A stretch of DNA of 63,195 nt, filler included, from Reticulomyxa filosa (GCA_000512085.1; 17 parts of 17 records of this genome joined end to end with filler, not necessarily neighbours in it); one strand, 5' to 3'; positions 1 through 13,534 are shown, counted from the first letter of the whole stretch. Numbers and translations: made by a program. Notes: generated by a model not told the origin, from the sequence alone.

Positions 1-3000
1 GTATTATCCAGACTCTTCAAACGGCCAAGTCCAACGTGATGATCCCAATTACACTCAAAAAATTTTTGAAACAAAATATTGTTTGTTATCAAAGCTGGAG
101 AAGTAATTTATGTGTCGTTGTCAGTGGAAGCTCGATATATTATTCAAATCGACACTAGATTCGAAGGAGTCAATCGCCAATGCCAATGTAAAGTCCTAGT
201 TACAATCCACACCGCCCAATCGCTATCATACGCAACCACTTACTGGAACTTCTTCACATGAATCTACTCCACATCCGATGTAATCTCTGTGTTATCCTCC
301 GACCTCGGCCCCAACTCTGTCTCCCATCCCATATCCTGCTGTAAAGTCGGCTATTGATCGAGTTTATCTATCGTACTCGAGCTTACAGTTTATTCGAATA
401 CCAGTTTTTATGGAATATGCCTTCATCGTCCCCGACCGCCTGCGTTGACAAAGCCAACTACGATTTTTCGTGGAAAATATTGTCTGTTATAACCTTCAGT
501 ATCCGTTTGTTGTGCTTTATCGTATAATCACACAAATCCTGTCAAGACATGTACGTTCATGCCATGAAAAATGGCAAATATTTTTGGATTTGGATTTTTG
601 ATTTACAGTTATTACTGCTGTTGTGCTAACTCGGTCAATCTAGCGTATGAGCTTTGGTGCAACGTGGAATTATCGGATGTTTTTCCTGAACTCGCTGCGA
701 CAGTCCGTCCTATGCTGGCACAAATTAGCCCCTCACAAATTGGTTCGACTACACCCCAGCAATCGTACCAACACCTCACCCTTCAATGCAAGACCAAACG
801 GTAACTCTCTTGGTATTATCAACAACACATCATACAATGTCTTTTCACGCCTTTGTACTATAGTTGTGAAGACGATGCCAGTCTATTGTGTACGAGTTAT
901 CTTGTTTGCGGATTAATTGTATCAACAGCAAAGAACAAGGGCATGTCTGTGGCATAAATGGCTTTAAATACTGAACACGATGGTGCAGCAACAAAGATTA
1001 CCCGTTGCAAGGCACATAGGAATATTCATCAACTGACACAACAAGCAACAAAGATGGGCCATTGCAAACTCACGGTACAGAGTTTTGCAACAATACTTGT
1101 AGTGCGAACCATCCGTTAACATTTGTGCGTAATGCAGAATTATTGTATATGAATCGAGCCGGCAGGTGGTGACAAGCTTATCAAGATAGAAGGAGAAAGA
1201 TTTTATTGCCAATACATAGGTGTGTAAGTCTTTTGTGCATTATCAATTATAGAAGTATCGAGTGTGCGTTATTCTTCGTTGATATTTATATCGAGTGCAC
1301 CAAAGGGAGTGAATTTGACCTGTGGACACAGAGAAGGATGTGGAAATGTTATTAGTGTGATCGTACTCGGATTGAGGATGCGAATATTTTTAGCTAATTA
1401 TTTTAGTTACGAATACGGAACAATGCAATTGCTGGAAACCAAACAATCAAGCGAAATCGTGTGATGAGCCGCAACAATCACTTATTCAATTCGGAATCGT
1501 CTTATGGCTCTCCTTCTTGTAAAACATGGATATATATATGTGATGCAGAGTATTGAAGATACTCCAAATGAATTGTTGAAAAAGGAGTGTGCAGTACACA
1601 GAATTTACTGCTTGCAATGCCATCATTTTCACCGTATGCATTAAATCTGACTGCTGTTCCATTGCCGCTCCACTTTTTTGTCGACACCAACGCTGGTGAA
1701 AACTGCAGCTCTATTGCGTATAAACGTATCGAGAGCACATGGATATTGGTTGATCATACTTCTGGACTCACTTTCAATGTGGTTGTCAATTATACAAAAA
1801 TGCGCAAAAGATTTGGCTTTATCCATTCTCAATCATCAGTCCGACTCGTGCGATCAAGAAACCAATATCAAAGTGTAACAGCAAATTCGAGCACGTGTTA
1901 CAAAAAATTCACAATCAATGAAAATAATACATCCATCGATATTTGCAACTCGGGATCTCAATTGTCGTATCTTCTGGATATATTTACACATTCAAGCATT
2001 GCCTCCAAAACGTTATATCAAGATAGGATTGCACAATCGTTATCATGTTTGGAAAGCAATCAATTTTATTTCAAAACAAACAATTGTCCAGCTAATTGCA
2101 CAAAGTCAAATTCCACATATCCAATATCGCAATCGAATGGAGAATGCCTAAGCGCAATCTTTACAATGTATTGCAAATATGGCTGGGATGACGACAATGG
2201 TAAGTCAATGGCTGCTATTTTTCATGTAATCCATGCAATGCGAAAAATGATTCATTCGACTCATAAAAATCGTATATATGGACTAGTTGGTCTAATCGGC
2301 GCAATGGAGGTGGTCATGGTTATCATTGACATGTACGAAAAGGCAATTGACGTGTCATTGTTTGGCTCTTCTCCTGTGACTGTATATTTGAACACATCAA
2401 GACAACAATCCAAAAGATTGTATTTCCATTGAATCCAAGGTAAAAAGCCTCAGAGATTGCAAGCAAGTCGTCCAAAGCAGCGTGTCATTGTACATAATGA
2501 AGGCTACGTCTTTTGGTTGTTGTGCAAGAATTGAAAGCCTTATCCTCGACAACAGACGGTATTGAGTGTTGTTCGCAGACACTTGAGTACCTCCGACAAT
2601 AGCGTTGCTCAAATTGCTTGCTCTCCAAATTCGTGTTGCTACAGAGAGAAAGCCACGACTACACCGACGGTCGTAAATGTAACTGCGTTACGAGCTACCA
2701 CCAAGAAGGAAGGAAGCGATGTGAATCTGTATCCATTGGTTGAATGCATTGTGACCCAACTCTGCTTTCTCTTGATATTATATCTCAAAAGTGGATAAGT
2801 CTACAAACAGATCAATACATGCAATGCACACAATTAAAGAAAGGAGCAAGAAAACCTTTACCGTGATTGTGGTGAATGTAAGTGTGATTTTACCATTGGA
2901 AAACGGTAGCATAGAATTGTAAAGATAGCCAAGTTGACGCTATGCCTCAGAAAATGTCCCTTGTGATATGCAATCCTGCATTGTGCAAGTTCAGAAAGAG

Positions 3001-4300
3001 CGTGTGAAATTGGTATCGCGAAGGATAGCAGCTCCATTTGATGAACGAAAGGTTTGTATTTCACTGTCGATGTGGATTTATACGTTCTTTATGTCATATT
3101 GTCAGTGGTTGTAATATGTATCAACCAAGGCAGTGTGAACATGGAGCCTTTCGTTGTGGAGTGACTTCTTTTAAGTTTGGATGGAGAGAAAGAAGAAGAG
3201 GAGATTTAAGGAAAGCATAGAAGAAAAAAAAAGAGGAAATGAAAGAGTGGCAATGAATCGTATAAGGGAAACAACGATGACAACGTATCAGTCAAAGAAA
3301 TATGAACCTATCGTGAGAAGCAAGGCGTGTCCAGTCCATAGAGATAATATTGATCAACACAATAATATCCTGGAGGTGTGGCACGCTTTTTACCAAGACT
3401 ATATATATGTTATCGAAATCGATCAAGAGCAAAACTTCTCAAAGTCATTGAAGTTTGAATATTAGCTATTATTGTCTTTTTTTTTTTTTAAGCAATTTAA
3501 ATTAGTTTGTTTTGTTGTTTTCTATCTAAAGCTACAAGAACTAGAATAAGGCCACAAGCAGTGGGAATAATGGTAATGGAGCCACAAGTGAAGATAAAGA
3601 AGTGCACAAAATGTCAAAGCAAATACCACTACATTGTCTGGGCAATCCAATTCAAAGAAACACGATCAAAATGGAGAACAAAAGACGTCTATTGAAACAT
3701 TGGCTCAAATACTGGAAGCTTCTGCAGAGATTACAATAGAAATGGAGTCTCAACAGACTGAAGACGTAGCCTTTTTGAAGAAATATTGCGGTATCAATGG
3801 ACAGAAATATTTGGAAGCCTTAGGTATTGCATGTCGAACACGTTTAGTGGAAAATGCAACTCAATATACATCAAGTGAAAAAGAATGCATTTTGAAAATA
3901 GTAAAAGTATTGAGATTTGATGTTAAGTAATGTATGTTAATACACTTTATTTCTCTATCTGTCTCTGATATGCTAATGTAAGAAGGTATCTCACATTTAA
4001 TTAATAAAACAAAATAGCATTAATAAGTGAATGAATCATACTCTAATCAAGTGAAACAACCTCAGATGACGATGCAGGTATTACAACCAAAAGGGCATGA
4101 TTGTGCAATCCTTTGATCAAGTGAAAAAGAAAAGGACTCAAGGAAAGATTACTTTGCGTGAAAACATCGCTCCTTGGGCTTCATGGAAAATTCAAAGTTG
4201 AATGGTGTGAAATATGATTGCAATATGCAAAGTAATTCGTTTTGGACTATGTGCGAAGGCAATCAAATTGAGATGATGCTCGAACTGTAAGTTGAAAAAA
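1..4300 (+). pseudogene. Long degenerate coding relic of a large multicopy gene
   Basis: Coding-like composition broken by stops in all frames; longest ORF is 1587-2432. Segment ~2340-2600 (AIDVSLFGSSPVTVYLN...IESLILDN) is homologous to the minus-strand relic at ~25200-25595. Confidence 0.5.
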
Positions 4301-4727
4301 AATACTCGTTCGAATTATCAAAACATTTGTCCGAGATGAATTGCTGTCGTCATCGAAGTGTTATTAATGTACTTTCATAAAAAAAAAAAAACTTGTTTGG
4401 AGAGGAAGGATGCATTGACTGCTATTCTTTTTATCATTTAGTTGAATTTTGTAAGCTCCAATTTAATGACACCTTTTCAAGAATTTTACTATTTCAATTT
4501 CTGCTTCAAATTTTTAGATAAAAATAAGTGAACTTGTTGTTTATTCCACCAAATAACTCAACAAAATTCAATTATCGACATTTGAAAAATTAAATATTCA
4601 CTCTAAAACTTTGTAGTTTTTGGGAGATTTCCAAATTGTTCGACCTATCTTCAAAAAAAAACTTTCTTCTCCACCCAAACTAGCGTCCGCTAACAACGCA
4701 AATTTTGAATTTTGAAAATTATAAGTT

Positions 4728-5946
4728 ATGGGAATGAATCTATGCAAAACTAATTCAATACCTCGAAAGAACGTTGTCAAAGAAAATGATATAGTACAAC
4801 TGGTAACACACATATACACATACATGTGTACATTATCTCCAATTAAGAAGAAATAATAAAAATACAGATATTGATAACAATAGACCACAGAAATAATAAG
4901 TTTAATTTTAGAAAACTGGGTTCGCTCTTTGTCAATTAATTTGGGATGGATTAATGAATTTGACAAGATCATTTCGAAATATGTTTAGTAGAATATAATT
5001 TACGTTTCTTGCTCCAAACACTACATATTCGATCAATTATTGAAAAAAATTGCACAAATTGAATCAGGCCAGAAGTTATAGAAAATTGAAAGAGCTGTTA
5101 GGTCATTCGCATGTTGTGACAAGTGCAAGATTTTCACCAGATGGAACTCGAATTGTTTCGTCATCAGACGATTTCACAGTCAGATTATGGGATGTTGCAT
5201 CAGGGAAAGAAATTCAAAAACTTCATGCATTCGAGTGGGTGTCTAAAGCTCAGTTTTCAGCAGATGGTTCAATGATTGCATGCCCAAGGGCTACACGAAT
5301 TTTATTGTGGATGTATGATTCCAATGAAAGATATCCTGTGATTGAAGAATTTTCCTCGGTTATAACTAGTATTCACTTTTCATCAGACAGTAAAACAATT
5401 TTATCGTGTTCATCCGATACAGCTATTCGATTATGGGATGTAAAATCAGGGAATGAAATAAAAGTGATTTATACAAAGTTAGAAAATATAACAGATGCCA
5501 AATTTTCTTTTGATGGTAAAACAATTGCAGTATGTTCGATTAACAAAATAATTGAATTGTGGGATGTTGAGTCAGGGGTAATGATAAGACAGTTAATAGG
5601 ACATTTAAATGAAGTGAAAGCAGTAGTATTTTCTCCAGATGATTCTCTCATTGCATCTTGTTCATCTGATTGTACGATTCGAATATGGGAAGTGAAATCA
5701 GGACACCAAATCAAAATATTGAATGGGCATTCAGACTGGGTAAGAGATATTACATTTTCGTGGGATGGTAAAACGATTATATCATGCTCATTTGATAAAA
5801 CTATTCGAATATGGGATGTTAAATCTGGAAGTGAATTACAAAAATTGGAAGGCCATATAGGTGATATCACAGGAGTAGATATTTCACGTGATGGTATGAC
5901 TATTGCATCATCTTCTTTTGATAAAACTATTCGAATTTGGGGATGA
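4728..5946 (+). CDS. WD40-repeat protein, 3 exons (~4728-4803, ~4884-4982, ~5068-5946)
   Basis: About 7 GH...WD repeats (GHSHVVTSARFSPDG...RLWD; GHSDWVRDITFS...RIWD). Upstream exons encode MGMNLCK... and IISLILENWVRSLSINLGWINEFDKIISKY, with GT-AG introns. Confidence 0.9.
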
Positions 5947-6873
5947 CATATATTCATTGAAACGTCTTCTTTTTTTTGTTTGGTCAACAAATAATCATTT
6001 ATTAAGTGATTTTAAATACACTGTTTATCATTTGTAATTGTACTCTGCATCATGGGACAATACCATTCGTGTTTTGGAGTGTCTGGACCAATAGACAAAT
6101 TGTACGTGGCCAAGGGAGGTAAAATGAAGATAATAAGGGTAGAGATTATGCATTATATTACGGATCAATGCATGAAAATAAAATTATTCTTTATATCTTC
6201 TCAGCATTGTCTATTTGTAAACTGCAACATGTTTCAAAGAAAATAGGAAATAAGTTTATTTGCTCAAATGAATGATTTTTTTTTTCTGTTGTTTACTATT
6301 CTTTTAAAACGATTTTTAATTTTGAAAAGTCAGTCTAAGAACAAGGAACAAATGACAGTGAACATATTTACATAAATAAACATAATTTATTTAGATCTCG
6401 TTTCCAAAAGTTGTAGTATTAATTTTAATATTAATGATTAGATACATATCAAGTTAATATTGTTAGCCATTGGAAATTTTGATACAAAAAATCATTTGCT
6501 AAAGGCTTGCCTTATACATATTAAGGCCTTCCGCTTCATTACTTTTTTTTAAGCTTTGGAAGCTATTAATTCAGTACAGTGTGCAATTTTTTGTGGGTTA
6601 AAAAATAGTACATCTCCGTACTGTAGTACAAAAAAAGTCGTAGCACTGGAATGTTGTCTTCACCAAATTTGTTATTTATTTTTTGAAAACCTAGCCGATG
6701 TTATAGTATACAGAAAAAAAGACATTGACATTTGCAAGGACTAAAATGAACCCTTGTTTTTTTCCCTTTGCTTTAATTTGAACAAATCTCGAGCAAAAAA
6801 AAAAAAAGGGAAAAAGAAGACCAATAAAAAAAATCGACTCCAAAATTTAAAAGCACAAGATTTAACACTATCT

Positions 6874-8205
6874 TTAGTTACCTTCGCGTGCTGGTCCATG
6901 TTGTTCACCAGGGTCGCGGTCTCCCCAAGTCTCAAGAAATTTCAAAGCAGCAATAATGAGAAGGACAGCAAACAAGAGATTTTGGAGCATAACAGTATAG
7001 AGCCAGAGCGAGGAAAAGCTCAAATCGGGCACAAAGTAGGCGGTGATTTGAGTTAAAAAAATGTCGGCAGCGAGCCATTTCATGCTTGTGTCTTGTTTGG
7101 AGCCGGATCGAGCATCACTCTGTTGCAGATTGATAGAAATCAATACAATGGAAGGTACGACCACAGCATACACCAATGCCAAGAACACGGTGACATTGGC
7201 ACATCGATTTGCAAACTCCCACTGGGACAAATTGCCAAATTCCTTTCGCAACTTCAAGTCATCCCCTCTTTCTGTTCGTTGCAAGAATATGATCACCAAC
7301 AACACCCACACCGCCACAGCAATCATGGACGAATACAGGACTGATACAAACGCACTGTTATAATAAGGAGTATAAACGACACTACATCCACTGAAACTTT
7401 CCGTCAATGTTCCGATGCCTCGGAGATTCCACGATGCCCAGTTTTGAACGATGAGCAAAAAGAAATAGCGTTTCCAATCCTGCGTTTTTAAAAGCAAAAG
7501 AAAAAGATTGACAGATAATACTCCCGAAACGAACCACTGAGCTTTCACAAAGATCTCTTGCTGCATTTGCACTCGATTGATAGAAAAGTGGTGGTATTCG
7601 ACACTTTGCGTGGTCGTGGGTACACTGCCATTAGTGGAGTTGCTCCACTCTTCAAATATGTTTGTCAAATACATGTCATCATTCTCATGACTGCCTTCAT
7701 AGTTCACATCTACTGCTTTGCTTGTCGAATCCGATGACGCGGACGTGTTGACTGTGATGTCGCACAGGTCGTAAAATTCACACACTGCATTCATTTTAAT
7801 GGCCCCATATGCGGAAGAACAGCCGCTCGAAATCAATAACGTTGCGTCTCTATGCGCGCTCAGGTCGTACTTATCATTGTACCGCAAATGATACATTGGA
7901 AGCGTTGAACACCAAATCAATCCTCCCAAATATACAGGAACACATAATAACATTAGTAGGCACGATAGCAAACGGCATGGGTACAGGAAACACATAGTTA
8001 TTCTGTATATTATCCCTCCCAAGTCTTGTACCTTCTTGGCCTCTAGGTTCGTGCGCACAATCTTCTGGTACCACCTTGGGGGAACACCAGGGACAGGAAC
8101 ACCAGGGGCAGGAGCAGCAACTAGGGGGACATTATCGCCCAAACGGATATGTACGTTACCCGGATCGTCGATCAATCCCTCTTCCATTTTTTTAAATTTA
8201 TGCAA
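6874..8205 (-). CDS. Uncharacterised multi-pass membrane protein, intronless (start probably at MEEGL)
   Basis: 443-aa ORF with several hydrophobic segments and a Cys/Ser/Thr-rich loop; no family recognised. Confidence 0.75.
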   Translation of the reverse strand: MHKFKKMEEGLIDDPGNVHIRLGDNVPLVAAPAPGVPVPGVPPRWYQKIVRTNLEAKKVQDLGGIIYRITMCFLYPCRLLSCLLMLLCVPVYLGGLIWCSTLPMYHLRYNDKYDLSAHRDATLLISSGCSSAYGAIKMNAVCEFYDLCDITVNTSASSDSTSKAVDVNYEGSHENDDMYLTNIFEEWSNSTNGSVPTTTQSVEYHHFSINRVQMQQEIFVKAQWFVSGVLSVNLFLLLLKTQDWKRYFFLLIVQNWASWNLRGIGTLTESFSGCSVVYTPYYNSAFVSVLYSSMIAVAVWVLLVIIFLQRTERGDDLKLRKEFGNLSQWEFANRCANVTVFLALVYAVVVPSIVLISINLQQSDARSGSKQDTSMKWLAADIFLTQITAYFVPDLSFSSLWLYTVMLQNLLFAVLLIIAALKFLETWGDRDPGEQHGPAREGN

Positions 8206-8406
8206 ATTCTAGCTGAAACAAGTGCAAGTTTTTTTTTTTTTTTTAAAGGAGTGAAACAATTTAATTGAACTTGCCAGTTCACTTGCAATAGTGATAGTCA
8301 TTTTTTTTTTTAAGTAAAAATTTCCCAAATGACAAATTTGTGATACTTAAAAGCCTCTAAAAGGGGGGGGAGGGCGCAACCTCATGGTACAAAAAAAAAC
8401 CAAAAA

Positions 8407-9153
8407 ATGTCAGACGACTCGTTAAAACAAAATAAAATCAATCAATTCAAACAGCTGACAAATGTGAAAAATGATGAAATAGCAGCTGATTATTTGAATC
8501 GGAATAATTGGGATTGCGCAGCGGCATCGGCATCATGGACAGGAAACGCTGATGTCAGAGCGCAGGACTCGTCAATTTCCCGAAATTTCGAGAGCATACA
8601 AGACTCTAACCTTTGGAATGGTTTTTGGGGGTATGATTTTGTACTGCAACTTCCAGGTGTACGACAGTTGAATTGGCTCGGAGCAAGAGTGTCAGTAGAG
8701 GTGTACCCATGGATACAAACCGTACTTGGAACAATGGCAAGTTTAAGCGCACGAATGGTCTCAATGGTGAAAAGAAGTTCGAATGGAAAGAACTATGGCA
8801 GCGTGCGTTCATATCGATTTTGCTACCGTCAGTTTTTGTCGCAATACGGAAGTGGCATCGAAGTGATATTTAGTAACAGCAAATTTCGAACAGCGCTGGA
8901 GACCGCCAAACAAAAGCAATGCTGTATCATGATCTACTTCCACACTGCTACCTATACCAACAAGGACGAACACCAACAACATTCAAGTCATCCATGCGAT
9001 CTCTTTGTAACAAACATATTAACCAATGAAAGTGTGCAAGCATATATCCTCCACAATATGGTCGCCTGGATGGCCGACTTGAGATACGTTGAATCAGCTC
9101 ACTTATTTCGACAAGTTTTCATCATATCAAATATATATTATATATGTATATAC

Positions 9154-9202
<49 letters not shown>

Positions 9203-9974
9203 ATAATAGATAGCAATTGGAATGGGACCGAATGGAAGTAGCTTGGATAGCATAGACGAACCTTTAATAGCGATTGTGGGTATCCATCCTGAGTACAATC
9301 GGCTAGTGCTGCTTGAACGGGCTCTTGTCGATCCGACGCAAGTGTCACCGATGGAGTTTGTGTGCAATGTGCTGGATCAAGGGATCCAAAAGTGGCAGGA
9401 GTTCAAGCTGAAGTTGATCCGCGAGGAGGAAGAACGGAGTGCCTCCAGATTAATCCGAGAGCAGCAAGAGAAGGAGTACGAGGAACTGCTTCGCAAAGAG
9501 TTGGAGAGACAACAGCGTGACAGTGAAGACAATGGAAATCCATTGGAAAATATGTTTGAATATGGTGCCAAACTAAAAACAGATCCAAAAAGAGGTGTCC
9601 ATGAAAGGGATGATGAAAACGAAGAGGATGAGGAAGTTAAAAAATTGACACAGTTACGATGTCAACAACGCATTGAACATGCCAAATCTAAACTAAATTC
9701 GGAGCCAGTGAACTCGAGTGATAGTGTGAAAGTACGCATTCATTTGCCCAATGGAACAAAGTTGGAGCGACAATTTCAACATGATGACGCCATTGAGCAA
9801 ATCTTTTATTTTGTTGAGTCTCATGATTTGAGGACTGCTCAAGGCGATATTGTGGAGGACTGGGAATTAATTCGCACTTTCCCACATGTCTTCAAATATG
9901 AAAAGTCACAGCTGACTTTACGACAACTTGGAATCACTTCGTCCATTAACTTATTTGTTCAACAAGTTTTTTAA
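8407..9974 (+). CDS. UBA-like + UAS + coiled-coil + UBX domain protein (FAF1/FAF2-like p97 adaptor); intron ~9115-9209
   Basis: N-terminal KINQFKQLT...AADYLNRNNWD (UBA-like), ALETAKQKQCCIMIYFH (UAS), LIREQQEKEYEE, and UBX VRIHLPNGTKLERQF...RTFP...TLRQLGI...LFVQ. Confidence 0.9.
9157..9197. repeat. (TA)n microsatellite in an intron; similar TA/TG tracts occur in many introns of the window
   Basis: Seen directly. Confidence 0.9.
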
Positions 9975-11322
9975 AACAGTTTCACCGCTTACTACTCTGT
10001 TCCGGTCGCATCACCTTGTTATTTTAATTTTACAAACTATTCTTTTTTACTTTTCTCAAGAATTCATTTTTATCCCACTTCATTGTGGTTGATTCTGCTT
10101 CTAAAAAAAACACTACTTCCATTCATCTTAATTGATTTTCAGTTTTTGTCTTAAAAAATTCTTGCTTATTTTTTTTTGCAAATAATTGAGCGGGCCACCT
10201 CAAACTTCTCGTGGGTAGCCCTTGTATAAAACTAAATGTATCATTCGCAAATTTAGTCAGCGTCTTTGGAAAGTTTGTTTTTCTTGAATATTTTTTGTCT
10301 CCACATATATTTATACCAAGGAAAATCGAAAGATTACAGAACAACTTGGTGGTTGTCGGCACTAAACTGGTATTGTATGATATACTAAGTAATACGTGAT
10401 TTAATATAATCACGAGAATGCTTTACTATATGATATAAAATTTATTTGATTTATGCGATAGCAAATATTTGTCCTTAAAATCAAAATGCTTAATAGTGTA
10501 TCAAAGCAAATTGTTATCATTCGAACGAAAGTCTGTCATATATTATTGTTTGGTATTTTGATTGATTTAATCATTTTTGTAGAAAATTTTACGTATTAAC
10601 TAATAATATTGTCATACAGATTATCGCAAAAGCATATTTATAACATTGAAATATAGTATAATGCAAAAGAAAGTTGGCACATAAAACAGCACATTATAGA
10701 GATTATAGATTTTTTCATGAAGGAACAACACTCGTCATATTTTTTTAAAAAAATTAAAACATTTCATTTTTTTAAAATGCTTAAAAGTTGGTAAATTTCA
10801 TTGTTGCAATAAGAGCACAATTGTCAACTTTTTCCCCAAAAACTTTGAAAAATCAATATTCAAACTTTTCAAACAATTAGGACAGATGCAATAAAAAATC
10901 AAACAATTTAAAAACTACACAATTAGTAGATATTTAAAAAAATTAAGTTTGAATGTTGTTTCTTCATAAAGAAAATCAATCACCTTTAATAAAGAAAATA
11001 AAATTTAACATTTTAATTTTGCGAAAAATACGATATGTGTAGGGTGCATGTACTTTTTATTTCTTAATGACTCAGGTTAACGTTAAAATATTGTAATCCA
11101 TCTACTCTGACTCAAGAATAGAAGTATCAATAATCGAATGAAATTGTCTTAAGTGAAACAATGATAGTTTGAAATATTTTTGCGCTGTGGACATGTGATC
11201 GACGCGATACTAGTTAAAAAGTAAAAGGTCAAAAGTCAGAACTTTGAGAAATTCGAATAATTTGCAATAGTGTTGCAGGTCAGTCAAGGAAGTGGAAATT
11301 AAAAGAGTTTGTTTGATAGGCA

Positions 11323-11972
11323 ATGACAACCCGTATCGAGCTTCCAGTGGATATAGGAGAGCATTCACTGTTGTATTCAGATACAGAAAGACTTCAAGAG
11401 TTGTTGAATGTGTTGATTCAATTTCTGCAAGGTGAGTGAATGAAATTCCATCTCACATGAAGTGCGCAAATATGTGAAGCACAAGCAATGGAATGTGTGT
11501 TGGGATGGAATAGAAAATCAGCACACATCAGAAGAATGGATAGACTTTTTGAAGCATAATGAGTACCACGCGTTCAACAACTTGGCCCAACCAATAGTTA
11601 ATATTAATTTTTTTTTTTTTTTAAAAAAAAAAAGAACTCAAGCAAAGACAAAAAAAAAAAAAAAAGCGACAACTATTAGAAACAGAAGAAACCTGGCTTG
11701 AGGAAAGAAAGAGCCAAGAAAAGTCGGCGGACCAGAATGAAACAAATGAAAGCGAAGAAAAAGAGAAAGAAGCGACTCCGTTGCCATTGGGACTGATTTC
11801 CCAAATATTAGTGACGTGGAGCACATTGAAGCCACGTTCTTTCGTAGGCATCCTAGTGGCTCATTCCTTTTACCCAATCTTGCAGTCATTGCAACACCAC
11901 AAAATTCTGTCCATGAAAGATACCTGCAATCGTTTGCAACTCCTGCTGTTTATCGCACTGCACAGTGCACGT
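11323..11972 (+). CDS. Hypothetical multi-exon gene, truncated at contig end
   Basis: Exon-like blocks (MTTRIELPVDIGEH...; HTSEEWIDFLKHNEY; ...PLGLISQILVTW...) bounded by GT/AG. Confidence 0.45.
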
Positions 11973-12033
11973 ACGTAATAACATATAACTTGTTTTGTTC
12001 AATTTAATCATATATGTATATATATATATATAT

Positions 12034-12133
12034 NNNNNNNNNNNNNNNNNNNNNNNNNNNNNNNNNNNNNNNNNNNNTTAATTAATTAANNNNNNNNNNN
12101 NNNNNNNNNNNNNNNNNNNNNNNNNNNNNNNNN
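12034..12133. other. Artificial contig linker N44-TTAATTAATTAA-N44; the others start at 14778, 16739, 28530, 30676, 38380, 43836, 47308, 48490, 50243, 52130, 53329, 55487, 57183, 58548 and 61928
   Basis: Identical 100-bp spacer with stops in all six frames, 16 copies. Confidence 0.99.
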
Positions 12134-12171
<38 letters not shown>

Positions 12172-12320
12172 GGGAGATAAAGAATATTGGAAAAACAATT
12201 GAATTTCGACCACTTTTAGATTTTGAAGGAATAAATAAATAAAGATTGCAAAAACTTTTTTTTAAAAAAAAAGAAAAATGAAAAAAAAGCAATTTTCGTT
12301 TTGCGTTTTATTTTTTTTAG

Positions 12321-12844
12321 GCTGAATTCTAAAGGTTTTGTTGGTCACCAAATTTGCATTGTGTTGGCGCAAAGATGAATTGCGAAACTTGAAATGACCC
12401 GTGTGAACAGAGGACACAATACAAACTTAGCATTTTAAAACAGTTTGCTGTGCATACAACACAGCACCAATCACGATAACAAAACAAAAAGTCTGTAATG
12501 CGTGTGTTTGTGTTTGTGTTTGCGGGCCAATAATGTGGCGGTATTTCGCAACTTATAGGTGCAACAAAAAAGAACAAATGTGCCCGTTTGGATGTTGGAG
12601 GTGCGTAGTTTGAAATGTTTTCCTCTTTTTATACAAATCACTATAAAGTTGGCTTTTTTATTATTGTTATAATATTTGTTATTGGCTATTGTTGTTGGCA
12701 TAGCATGGACGTGGGAGAGCATTCCGCGGTGGTTCTATCCATAGACCTCCCAGAGGCCGAGGAGGTTTCGCCTATCGAGGCTCTAGAGGAACTTTTCGTG
12801 GAGGGCGCGGACGCGGATACTGGAATCCTTATGCTGGATACTAA
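12321..12844 (+). CDS. PABPN1: Nuclear poly(A)-binding protein (PABPN1/PABP2-like), 3' exons ~12321-12360, 12559-12600, 12704-12844
   Basis: Spliced translation LNSKGFVGHQICI|VQQKRTNVPVWMLE|HGRGRAFRGG...RGRGG...RGGRGRGYWNPYAGY*. This shows the end of an RRM, the KRTNxP motif and the Arg/Gly tail with a terminal PY typical of PABPN1. Confidence 0.8.
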
Positions 12845-13534
12845 AGAGTCTTTTGACGTTGGATAATCACTACACAAATATCCTTTTCCTCACAGTCGGT
12901 GTATTTTTATTGCCTGCTTCCGTCCAAAAATAAAAAATTGTAAACTGTCCCCCCCCTTACCTCCCTTATCGCTCGTGACATTGCATATCGCAAAGGGGTC
13001 CGGTTTTCGGAGGTATTTCACGAAATGGAAGCCTTAAAATTGCGAGGAGATCATTGTAACTGATTTTATTTGAAATAAATTCAATTTAAATTCTCATTAT
13101 GTGAACTTTAAACTGGCCAAACATTCAATCTGTGTTTTTCTGTTGTCAAAGAAAATACAATTACTTCAAAAAAAAATCAATACTTCTGCAAAATGTTTCG
13201 TACACTTTTCTTTTGACAATGGACCGCTTGATACTTCCCATTATCTAGAGGAAAAAATATCCACTGAACTCGCTTAAAAAATACTGATCTAATAAAACTT
13301 TGAAGCTGGACGCGCTTACACTCTTTCGAAAGGTTTTCTCACTCTTCAAAAAAAAGTAAACTTCGTTCCCCATTTTTGGTGCTTAAAATCGAAACTCTTT
13401 TTCAATGTCTTGCAAGGCTTTGACTTATATCGATTTTGTGTTGGGTTTGATGGAAGAACATCCCGTTGTGTTTGTATTTGACGGTGTGTTGCTTTATGTT
13501 GCTAAGTTGTGTTCTCTGCTCTGTTGTTGATTAG

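Noticed and set aside
5469-5990. 173-aa minus-strand ORF, and similar shadow ORFs such as 26828-27136 and 35860-36372
   Set aside because: Antisense shadows of real genes.
10320-10360. IERLQNNLVVV as a third copy of the dispersed relic family
   Set aside because: Match too short, with no flanking similarity.
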